Positions 52,570 through 64,000 of a stretch of 64,000 nt of DNA are shown here, one piece after another. Where the stretch lies: positions 7,130,001-7,194,000 of the forward strand of contig OZ024759.1 in the NCBI GenBank assembly GCA_964016885.1. The letters run 5' to 3'. Within the stretch, counting starts at the first letter, position 1, and each line of letters begins with the position of its first letter. This DNA comes from Eledone cirrhosa (taxonomy: Eukaryota). The position numbers and the translations under genes were made by a program. Under the pieces are notes generated by a model. The model saw only the letters and a program-made list of their open reading frames with translations. It did no database searches and was not told the DNA's origin.

Positions 52570-53962
52570 GAGATCTCGGTCGTGTGTCATCGCCTTTGAG
52601 AGGTGCAATTGGGGAAGATCAGCTTTTATCACCTCATCCCAGGTCTTCTTGGGTCTCCCACTTCAAGGTTTCCATTGACTTTTAGTGCTCTGCACCCTTT
52701 TATGCAGCTGTCATCCTTCATATGCATCACATGCCCATACCAATGCAACCTCCTCTCCTACATATGTATATATACATATATATATATATCATCATCACCG
52801 TTTTACGTCCATTCTTCCACGCTAGCATAGGTTGTCTTCTTGGGTCTCTCTACTCCACGGCTTCCATCGACTTCTAGTGCTCTGCACCTTTTTATGCAGC
52901 TGTCATCCTTCATATGCATCACATGTCCATACCAACGTAATCTCCTCTCCTGCACACATCATTTGATTCCCCTTATTACACATCCATCACAGCATGCAGG
53001 CTTCGTTTCTTTCTAATCTACGCAAGTCTTCTACCTTCAGCGCCCAGGTCTCACTACCATGCAACATTGCTGTTCGTATACACGCATCATACAGTCTGCC
53101 TTTCATTTTGAGGGAAAAGCCTTTCGCAGCTAGCATTGGCAGTAGCTCCCTGAACTTCTTCCATCCCGTTCTTACCCTAGTTATTGTAGTTTCTGAACAC
53201 CCACCTCCGCTGCTAATTCGGTCACCTAGGTAGCAGAAGCTGTCTACTGTTTCTACAGAGCCCTCCCAGAGTTTGGTGGTACTTGTTTCCTGTGGCTGCT
53301 TGCTATCCCAGTGCAGCTGCTACATGTAAAGCCTACATTCTTAGATAAGCTTCCTGAGATCCCGCTACATCTCTTGTGTACCCATAATTTGCATTTGGGG
53401 CAGAGGATGGAATTCCTACCTACACCTTTCCTACAGACTGAGCAAGGCCATTTCCCTGAGGGGATCTGGGTTCTGTTTTCTCTTCTACTTACGAGGACCT
53501 TAGTCTTTGCCAAGTTGACTTTGAGACCTCTTCTTTCTAGGCCCTGCTTCCATGTTTGGAATTTCTTCTTTAGTTCCACCATAGATTCAGCTATGAGCGT
53601 AAAATCATCCACATACAGATGTTCCTATGGGCATCCGGTCTTAAACTGCTCTGTTGTAGCCTGCAATATGATAATAAACAGGAGAGGGCTAAGAACAGAG
53701 CCCTGGTGGACACCGACCTGTATGCTAAATTCCTCGCTATATATGGCTTGACAGCCTTCACAAGCCATTCATCTACTCCAAGTTTTCTAAGAGCCCACCT
53801 GATTATAGCACTGGGCACTCTGTCGAAGGCTTTCTCCAGATCGACGAATGCCAAGTAGAGCGGCTTACTTTTACCTAGGTACATTTCCTGTAACTGCCTC
53901 ACAAGGAAGAGAGCATCAGTGGTGCTTTTTCCTGGCACAAACCCAAACTGCATCTCACCTAG
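52570..53962 (-). mobile_element. RTE LINE fragments
   Basis: QFGFVPGKSTTDALFLVRQLQE..AFVDLEKAFDRVP, WPCSVC..WVHKRC. Confidence 0.92.
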
Positions 53963-54033
53963 ATTTACCCTCTAGTATTACTTTGTTAACAATACATGTA
54001 TATATATCTCTTCCTTCCACCTTTTACTTCCAG

Positions 54034-54127
54034 AGACTTTGACATGGATGATGAACTAAGTTCAGACTTTACCTTACTTGGTGAGACAGGTTTAGGTGTG
54101 ATGGAGAACCTCAGTCTAAGACTTAAA
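54034..54127 (+). CDS. BECN1: Beclin-1 coding exon 4 (BH3 region)
   Basis: ttccag acceptor; DFTLLGETGLGVMENLSLRLK resembles SFTLIGE..GTMENLSRRLK; AAA|gtaaga donor. Confidence 0.93.
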
Positions 54128-54160
54128 GTAAGATATACCTTCTCTCTTTCTCTTTCTCTC

Positions 54161-54191
<31 letters not shown>

Positions 54192-54192
54192 A

Positions 54193-54690
<498 letters not shown>

Positions 54691-54704
54691 ATACACATAC
54701 CTAT

Positions 54705-56390
54705 ATCATCATGTTTCATCGTTTAACATCCATCTTCCACGCTAGCATGGGTTAGACGGGAGTTGTCCCACTTGAGGCAAGGTTGGTCGGGTGACCGTGT
54801 CTCGCTCATATAGGACTGTCTGGCAGGTTTTCTACGGCTGGATGCCCTTCCTAACACCAACCACATTACAGTGTGAACTGGGAGGTTTTTACCGTGTTAC
54901 CTACACGGCCACATTGTGTGTTTTGTTGTGACACCTACACGATCTCGATCTCATTATCTCATTTATTTGGACTGGATGTTGTGGTACCAACTTTACAGAG
55001 AGAGAGTGGGAGGATAGGGTAGGGTTAGTGGGTTGGGGTGTATATTTGGTTAAGAGGTGCCTACTGACTGTAGGTTTCGCTTTGTACATAGACAAGGCAG
55101 GTCTTCTGTATTACTGCATAGCGCCAAAGATCTCGGTCCAGTGACATTGTCTTAGAGAGGTGCAAATGTGTAAGGTCGGAATTTATCAAGTCATCCCAGG
55201 TTTTTCTGGGTCTACCTACTCCGTAACTACCATCAATTTTGATCGCCCTGCACATTTTTATACAGCTGTCGTCTTTCATACGCATCACGTGGCCATACCA
55301 ACGTAGTCTTCTCTCGAGTAAACAGTATCTGATACCTCTTATTTCTAATTTCTCACTTAGTTCATTTATGTTTTGCCATTCACGTATATTACTATTACAC
55401 ATCCAATGGAGCATGCATGCTTCGTTCCTTTCCAGTCTGCGCAGGTCCTCTGCACGTAATGCCCATGTCTCACTGCCATGTAGCATTGCTGTTCGTATAC
55501 AGGCATCATACAGCCTGCCTTTCATTTTTAGAGAGAAACTTTTTGTGGCCAACAGCGGTATAAGCTCTGAACTTTTTCCATCCCGTTCTGACTCTGGCTA
55601 CTCTACTTTCAGAACACCCTCCACCACTGCTGATTTTGTCACCCAGGTAACGGAAAGTGTCCACTATTTCTATAGAACCATCTGGACAATAGAAGGAGCT
55701 AGTATCGTGTGGGCACTTGCTACTTATTGCACCTGAGCATCGGCCACATATAAAGTCTACGTTCTTAGATTGTTTCCCACTACATCTTTTATGTACCCAT
55801 AATTTGCATAAAATGGAATTTCTGCCTACTCCTTTCCTACACACTGAGCTTGGCTATTTTCCTTTCTACAAACTAGAACTTTAGTCTTAGACAAGTTAAC
55901 TTTAAGGCCTTTTGATTCTAGGCTATGCTTCCATGTTTGGAATTTATTCAGCTATGAGCGTTAGATCATCTGCATATAGGAGTTCCCATAGGCAACCGGT
56001 CTTGAACTCCTCTGTTATAGCCTGAAGGGCAATAATAAATAGGAGGGGGCTAAGGACAGAGCCAACTTTTACACTAAATTCTTCACAATATTCATGACTG
56101 TTTCATTATACATGGCTTGTATAGCTCCCACAAGCCATTCATCAACACCTAGTTTTCTCAGAGCCCACCAGATAATGGAGTAGGGGACTCAGTCAAAGGC
56201 TTTCTCCAGGTCTACAAAAGCTAAGTAGAGGGGTTTACTTTTAGCTAGGTACTTCTCTTGTAGTTGTCGTACAAGGAAAAGAGCATCTGTGGTACTTTTA
56301 CCTGACACAAACCCAAACTGCATTTCATCTAGATCAATTCGCTCTCTGATTAGTTGTGCTATAACTCTTTCTGTGACCTTCATGACCTGT
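54705..56390 (-). mobile_element. RTE LINE 3' half including 3' UTR
   Basis: RT motifs to DRDLWRYAV; stop at 55061, then the tail shared with the SINEs. Confidence 0.92.
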
Positions 56391-56500
56391 ATATATATAT
56401 TTAAGAGTTAAACAAGATTCAATGAGTACATCAAAGAATAAGTTTTACTACCTTGATTAAATCTTAACCATTTAACATCTCAGGGTATGTCATGTATCAT

Positions 56501-56553
56501 ATTTTGTCTGATGAGGACGTACTGTTGTACCTCCGAAATATGTATAATAAAAT
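56501..56553 (+). ncRNA. Minimal hammerhead ribozyme motif
   Basis: attttgt-CTGATGA-ggacgtac tgtt gtacctcc-GAAA-tatgTAta-ataaaat. Confidence 0.75.
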
Positions 56554-56593
56554 TTAATTGATCAAAAGAACATCAATTTTATTAATATTTATA

Positions 56594-56625
<32 letters not shown>

Positions 56626-57178
56626 GGTCAACTAACTATAGAGGCATTAAGTTAGTTGACCTATATATATATATATATACATACCTATTTATATATATAT
56701 ATATACCTATACATACATATATATATTTCCCACCCACTTTTCTCTTGAAGAAAGGCTTATGCCCGAAACGTCCCCCCCCCCCCACCCTCAAGAGCGTGAA
56801 ACTAATAAACCTTTGTTTGTACTGCCTCTCTGTTTTGTTCCCGCTCCATTTTTCACTATATATATATATATACATACCTATATATATATCATCATCATCA
56901 TCATCACCGTTTTACGTCCGTTCTTCCACACTGGCATGGGTTAGACGGGTTGTCCTGTTGTGGGCAGTGTCTGGTCGGCTGACCATGCCTTGCTCATACA
57001 GGAACTGATTTGGCCTGATTTCTACAGCTGGATGCCCTTCCTAACACCAACCTCATTTACAGTGAGTGCTGGGTGCTTTTCTTCCGTGGCGCCTACACGT
57101 CCACTTTACAGTGTGGGCTGGGTGCTTTTTTGCCGTGACACCTCCACGACCACCTTGCAGTATATATGTATATATAGG

Positions 57179-57246
<68 letters not shown>

Positions 57247-57290
57247 TATACATACATACCTATATATATATATATCTATACATACATACC

Positions 57291-57322
<32 letters not shown>

Positions 57323-57716
57323 AATCATCATCATCATCATCATTTTACGTCCGCTTTTCCCTGCTTGCATCATTTAACGTCCATCTTCCACGCTAGCATG
57401 GGTTAGACGGTTTTGTTCCATTTGATGCGGGATTGGTCGGGAGACCGTGTCTCGCTCATATGGAAGTGTCTTTGGCAGGTTTTTTACAGCTGGATGCCCT
57501 TCCTAACACCAACCACATTTACAGTGTGGACTGGTGGACTGGGAGCCTTTTTACTGTGTCCCCTACACAACCACCTTACAGTGTGAACTGGGTGCCTTTT
57601 GTTGTGTCACCGACATGGCAGGATATGGTAGGGTGTGTGGGTGGGTTGTATATTAGGTTAAGAGGTACCTACTGACTGTAGGTTTGTATGTAAGGGAAGG
57701 TGGGTCTTCTGTACGT

Positions 57717-57747
<31 letters not shown>

Positions 57748-57825
57748 CATACATAAATAACATATCAGTGTTACCAGCAGCCGTACTCATTACTAAAATC
57801 CCCCACTATTTCTTCATCATAACAG

Positions 57826-57888
57826 GCCACAGGATATCTATTTGACATAATGTCTGGTCAGTCAGAAGTGGACCATCCCCTCTGTGAG
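57826..57888 (+). CDS. BECN1: Beclin-1 coding exon 5
   Basis: [21 protein letters not shown] (cf. [21 protein letters not shown]); aacag acceptor, GAG|gtaata donor. Confidence 0.96.
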
Positions 57889-58162
57889 GTAATAACCTTT
57901 CATTTCTTCTTCTGTCTTCTTTTAAAATGTTTCTATCTAAAAACCTTCCGACATAATTTTATATAAGGACCTTTGTTAAGTTCTGAACCAGCCCTGTTTC
58001 TGTGATAAAAAATTGTTTATTTTAAAGCTGTTTGCTTCAAAGAAAACCTTGCATTATAATTTTTTATTTTCAATTTGAGTCCCAAAACTAACTTAACCCT
58101 TTAACATTTAACATGACTCTATATATACTATTATATTTTTGTGGTAAAGACTTTATCTTACA

Positions 58163-59027
58163 CTAGCTGAATTACCTGGCATTGCCCAGGTTACTGCTGT
58201 TCTTATTCAGATTAGTAATAATTATTTTAAAATATCTATATTTTATTAAAAAAATATCAAAATAGTAGATAATAGAATTTAGAAATGAAAATCTGCCAAT
58301 CTCGAAACACCTCAGGGTAAACAATATTGATTGTGTAATTTTTTGTCCAAATGAATAAATTGTTGCTACACACTCACACACATACACTCTCACATATATA
58401 TACTAAGACACACGCATACATACATTCACGCAGACACACGCATAACTTTTCACCTCATTTTTGGTCAGTTGCTACATACGTGTAGATATGTGTATTTAAT
58501 AACGTACCTAACGAACGCACACTCACAGAAACACAATGTGACAAATACATACACTCATACACTCACACACACACACACATACATTCACACACACATACAC
58601 TCTCACATACACTCACACACATATAAACTCTCACATACACTCACATACATATACTAAGACAGACACACACACATTGTCTGTCATCACATATGTATCTGTA
58701 TGTGTAGACGTGTGTGTGTGTTTAATTGTCTGTGTGTGAAGATAATGTGTATGCAACTTACGTAGTAACAAACTCACAAACACACTCACAGACACACACA
58801 CTCATATACAAAATATGACTCGTCTTCGTGGTTTACTATAGTTCACTATAGAAATGTTATTATAGATAAAATATTATATTGTTTTAATCCAAATGAAAAT
58901 AAAAATTACATGTTGACACTCCCAGGCTCTAATACTATTACCTGGTAAAATTTGATTTGATTTGGTCCAGCTGTTTGAGAATCTATAGGAACAGACAGAC
59001 TGATAGACAAAGAATTTTATATAGAGA
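58163..59027 (-). mobile_element. Non-autonomous Helitron nested in a piggyBac MITE (~58098-59182)
   Basis: CTAG end with hairpin CCTGGGCAATGCCAGG, TC start; splits the MITE at CA|TAATTATCTCAC (A|T site). Confidence 0.82.
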
Positions 59028-59435
59028 TAATTATCTCACATAATATTAAATCTACAAAATTTGTCTGTTTTTATTTTGAGAACAATACCTTAAGGTTAGT
59101 ATTAGCAGCTGGTTATGGCCGGTTTGAACAGAAAGAGGTGAGAGAACTCTGGCTGGATACAGCTGGTTTAAATGCTAAAGAGTTGTTATGTTCCAAACAC
59201 CTCTGATTCTATGATACAAAACTGTTGGCTTAAAAAAAAACCTAGCATTATAATTTTATTTTCAACTTGTGTTCCAAACACCAACTTAATGAAAAACTTA
59301 GTCATATTACTAAATCCCCCGAAATTCTTGATTATTTTAAGTACCATATGTAATTAGCCCCAGCACCAGCTCTACTATATTTCTTAGATGAGAAAGTTTC
59401 CTATGAATGTCTAATATATTTTGTTTGTTGTTGAG

Positions 59436-59509
59436 GAATGCACGGACACCCTTCTTGACCAGCTTGATCGACAACTATATTTTACAGAGGACGAATGTAA
59501 ACAGTACAA
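59436..59509 (+). CDS. BECN1: Beclin-1 coding exon 6
   Basis: [24 protein letters not shown](K) (cf. [23 protein letters not shown]); AA|gtaagt donor. Confidence 0.95.
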
Positions 59510-59700
59510 GTAAGTACATTTGATTATTTGAAGAGACATTAAAGTTACAGCTTATACCTCTGTAGGTTTAGCTGACCTTGTGTATTTATATATATATATA
59601 TATATATAATATATATATGAAGTATTTCCGTAGGAAAAGAGAGTGCTCTATGTAGTCTACAGAGCTTTATAGTTATGTAATAAACAACATAAGATAATTA

Positions 59701-59766
59701 TTTCATTTACCAGTGGTTTCTTGAAGACATGTTTATTTATGTCTGTCTTCATTCATCAGAAAAAAA
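59701..59766 (-). ncRNA. Hammerhead motif (same repeat family as 2546-2758)
   Basis: Minus strand: CTGATGA-atgaagac..gtcttcaa-GAAA-ccactgGTA; flank GTATTTCCGTAG..GAGTGCTCTA shared with 2546. Confidence 0.6.
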
Positions 59767-60139
59767 TATTTATTTATGAAGTAGTAATATGGATTTGAAA
59801 ACAGAGTAGAGGATAAATGAAAGTGAGGCTGAAATAAAATAATGGGCAAAAAATTGAGAGGAAAAGAATTAATAAATAAATATCCAAATACATAAACATA
59901 CACAAACTCACTCGTATACGTAATAGAACGTAAACACATAAGTATATGTGTGGCTACATGGAAATACAGATACACACAGGTGCGTGTGATCTTTCACTCA
60001 CATATACACAACGACATGTTGGGAAGTAGTTGGGGGACCAGATATAAATAAATAAAATCAAAAATCAAAGGATAGGAAATAAAATGAAAGCAAAAAGGGA
60101 CGGGTTGATAACGAAAGGTGGGGGCGGGATTAATGAATC

Positions 60140-60619
60140 ATTTCATTTCATTTTACATCCACTTTTCCCTGCTTGCAAGGGTGGGACGGGAACTGATTCT
60201 GGCTTGATTTCTACAGCTGGATGCCCTTCCTAACACCAACCTCATTTACAGTGAGTGCTGGGTGCTTTTTTGCCATGGCACCTCCACGACCACTTTACAG
60301 TGGAATGATATGGACCCCAGTCCCTATCATCTCATTTCTACAGCTGAGTAAACTGGAGCAATGTGAAATAAAGTGTCTTGCTCAAGGAAACAACACATCA
60401 CCCGGTCTGAGAATTGAACTCACAACCTTTCGATTGCAAAGTCAATGCTCTAACCACTAAGCCATATGCCTCCATATATATTTACACAAACATACGTATA
60501 TATACACACACATACATAAACGTATACATGCATACACACACCACCACCCCACTTTCAAGAGCGTGAAATTAATAAACCTTTGTTTGTACTGCCTCTCTGT
60601 TTTGTTCCTGTTCAATTTT

Positions 60620-60705
<86 letters not shown>

Positions 60706-61068
60706 CACACATATATATACATATATATGGAGGCACATGGCTTAGTGGTTAGAGCATTGGCCTTGCAATCGAAAGATTGTGAGTTCAATTCTCAGACCGG
60801 GTGATGTGTTGTTTCCTTGAGCAAGACACTTTATTTCACATTGCTCCAGTTTACTCAGCTGTAGAAATAAGATGATAGGGACTGGGGTCCATATCATTCC
60901 ACTGCAAAGTGATCGTGGAGGTGCCATGGCAAAAAAGCACCCAGCACTCACTGTAAATGAGGTTGGTGTTAGGAAGGGCATCCAGCTGTAGAAATCAAGC
61001 CAGCATCAGTTCCCGTCCCACCCTTGCAAGCAGGGAAAAAGCGGACGTAAAATGAAATGATGATGATA
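60140..61068. mobile_element. Head-to-head SINE family A pair (- 60140-60473, + 60728-61068)
   Basis: Two near-identical full copies in opposite orientation. Confidence 0.9.
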
Positions 61069-61541
61069 TATGTATACATATGTATATATATACACACGCA
61101 CACACAATATATATATATATAAATAGATGGATACTTCTAGATAATTCAAAGATTCGAGTTTACTCTTTCACAAAGCTATGCCCAAATGTATATTTATCTA
61201 TGCTTTATACTATAAAAATTATTCCTCCTTGTCTCTCTATCCTTAATCCATTCTCTTTTGCTTTCTATACTTCTAGTAACTATATTTTTCCTCATCTGTT
61301 TCTCTCTGTCTTTCTTCTTTCTTTCTTCTTTCTTCAATAATTTAAATTATTTGAATCTCTAACAGTTATGTAAATTGCTATTATGTATTTTAAAACTTTC
61401 TCACACGCACCCTCTGTATTATATGTAATTTTTTCATGTCTCAATCTTAAGGTATATAAATATTGAGTTTTGTCATATCATGTTCACTACCATGACTGAA
61501 TCTTAACCATCTACTATGTCAAGGTATGTCATGCATCACCT

Positions 61542-61608
61542 TATTTTATCTGATGAGGACGTACTGTTGAAGATAGCTCAATACCTCTGAAATATGTATA
61601 ATAAAATA
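61542..61608 (+). ncRNA. Minimal hammerhead ribozyme motif
   Basis: tattttat-CTGATGA-ggacgta..tacctct-GAAA-tatgTAta-ataaaata. Confidence 0.72.
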
Positions 61609-61849
61609 TACTTGAAAACACGAATGTCTATTTTTGTTAATATTTTGAATTAATATTAATAACTCCGGAAAACCATTTCTGTTGAGTGCTTCCAATCTAT
61701 TGTAAAACTAATTCTTTGATTTATTCATTGAACCTTGTTTAACCTTTATATATATATATACAGTATACTGTATATACACATACATACACATATATATATA
61801 TATACAGTATACTGTATATACACATACACATATATATACATATTTCATT

Positions 61850-62185
61850 CATTTCATTTCATTTTACGTCCCCTTTTCCCTGCTTACAAGAGTGGGACGG
61901 GAACTGATTCTGGCTTGATTTCTACAGCTGGATGCCCTTCCTAACACCAACCTCATTTACAGTGAGTGCTGGGTGCTTTTTTCCCGTGGCACCTCCACAA
62001 CCACTTTGCAGTGGAATGATATGGACCCCAGTCCCTATCATCTCATTTCTACAGCTGAGTAAACTGGAGCAATGTGAAATAAAGTGTCTTGCTCAAGGAA
62101 ACAACACATCACCCGGTCTGAGAATTGAACTCACAACCTTTCGATTGCAAGGCCAATGCTCTAACCACTAAGCCATGTGCCTCCA
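61850..62185 (-). mobile_element. SINE family A
   Basis: Full-length copy. Confidence 0.9.
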
Positions 62186-62402
62186 CATATATATATATAT
62201 ACACACACATACACCCACACAAGCCTATATACATGTATAGATAGACAGAGACACACATACACAGGTAAAAGTACTGTAATATACAAAAACACACACACAC
62301 ATATAAACATACATACAATATAAGGAAGAGCACATAACACGTACACACACACACACACACACACACACGTACATACAACCACACGCGCGCACATGCACAT
62401 AA

Positions 62403-62436
<34 letters not shown>

Positions 62437-62441
<5 letters not shown>

Positions 62442-62745
62442 TTCAAAATATTAATAAATATAGACATTCAACGTAATCAAAATATATTTTATTATATATA
62501 TTTCGGAGGTACTGTGCTGTTTTTTCAGTACGTCCTCATCAGATAAAATATATAAATACTGAAAAAACAGCACAGTACCTCCAAAATATATATAAAATAT
62601 ATTTTGATTACGTTGAATGTCTATATTTATTAATATTTTGAATTAATATTAATAACTCTGGAAAACTTTTACTGTTGAGTGCTTCTAATCTATTGTAAAA
62701 CAATATTCATTGATTAATCAATGAATATTGTTTAACTTTTGGTAA
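62437..62745. mobile_element. Hammerhead-bearing fold-back repeat (HHR 62485-62550, minus strand)
   Basis: Same family as 51895; inverted arms 62437-62531 / 62557-62650. Confidence 0.72.
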
Positions 62746-63294
62746 TATATATCTAATCTATCTTAAGGACGATCTGTCGATTTTGAGAATGTAAGCAAAA
62801 CCTGTCTTTTCTTCATTTCCGTAGTCTCCTCATTTAAGCAGTTTTAAAACCTTATTTATACCACTCTAAAATTCAAATTCTCCGTTTATCTCTCTGATTT
62901 TAAATGACTATTTTCATGTTTTTAATATGTCTCAATCTGTTGGACCTTTCCTAAAGGCTAAACTACTCCTAAAGTCACCCATTTCCCGCCCTCCCACCCC
63001 CACACACCACCATTGCTATATGGTCCAATCATATCTCAGCGGCTTTAGTAAGTTCTCTAACAAATCAGTATAGCAAAGCTACCAACCCGGTTACTACTCC
63101 TTAAGTTTAGACCTGTTTGATGGGTTGACTGCGGAATTTGGAAAGTCTAAGCACTCAATGACAATGTCACAGATGAAGATAAATTCACCTCCTGCTGCAA
63201 GACGAGAATACAAGGACCCCTCTTTATTTCAGACACGGATGGCCAACAAGATTTTGTCTTCCACACCCCTCCAACCCATCCATCCCACCCTCCC

Positions 63295-64000
63295 AACTTC
63301 AGAGTTGGTACCATCAACGTAGGCACATTGAAAGGTCGCTCAAATGAGGTTGTAGAGATGCTTGAACGTAAAGAAGTTGATGTTTGTTGTGTTCAAGAGA
63401 CTAGGTGGAGAGGGGGATCTGCCAGATTCATCGTGGGTAAAAAACGATGCTATAAACTTTTCTGGGTGGGAAATGACAACAGACAGGGTGGAGTAGGAAT
63501 TATGTTAGCTGAATAATGGGTAGATAAGGTAATTGACGTAAATATAGTGAATGACAGAATAATTAAAATAAGACTAGTTCTAAATAGAACTACTGTAACA
63601 ATAATATCCGCTTATGCACCCCAATCTGGTTTACCTGACGTTATAAAGGACAGGTTCTATGAGATGCTAATGCACACTACCTCCCAAATAACCGACAGTG
63701 ACTACTGGCGATCTAAACAGTCACGTTGGACAACATAGTGATGGCTATGATGGAATTCATGGAGGCTATGGGGTTGGAAATAGAAATGAGGAGGGCTTCA
63801 GAATCCTGGAATTCTGTGACGCAAATAGCCTCACTATCTGTAATACAAACTTCAAAAAACGTGAAAACCACTTGATCACCTATAGATCAGGGGAATATAC
63901 CAGCCAGATAGATTATATCCTTACTAGAAGACGGGACAAAGTGTCTGTTGTAAACACTAAATCCCTCGCCGGTGAAGAATGCACCTCCCAACATAGCCTA
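63295..64000 (+). mobile_element. RTE LINE APE endonuclease region (pseudogenised, runs off window)
   Basis: RVGTINVGTL..DVCCVQETRW..GGVGI..IISAYAPQ..GD..SQIDYIL, with stop and frameshift. Confidence 0.9.

Noticed and set aside
57889-59435. Possible U12-type intron
   Set aside because: Donor GTAATAACC does not match RTATCCTT and there is no TCCTTAAC branch site

Overview
Repeat-rich, AT-rich animal genomic DNA. The SINE/RTE/Penelope repertoire suggests a coleoid cephalopod such as an octopus (inference). Two spliced + strand host genes can be assembled with consistent splice phases. The first is the 3' part of a ceruloplasmin/hephaestin-type multicopper oxidase (exons 3260-3876, 10136-10453 and a probable short terminal exon at 21971). 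The second is six coding exons of Beclin-1/Atg6 (37154-59509, continuing past the window). The rest is introns and intergenic DNA. It holds decayed RTE and CR1-like LINEs, two tRNA-derived SINE families, Helitrons (one with a Pif1 helicase remnant), hAT/piggyBac/mariner MITEs, a piggyBac transposase relic, a Penelope GIY-YIG relic and several satellites. The most notable signal is about a dozen hammerhead-ribozyme motifs (CTGATGA...GAAA...UH) in several short non-coding repeat families. They sit next to (TA)n tracts and usually form fold-back inverted repeats, consistent with a Penelope-dependent, retrozyme-like system; several lie sense inside host introns. Three satellites visibly arose from internal segments of SINEs or MITEs. 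Most entries in the ORF track are microsatellite or antisense artefacts.
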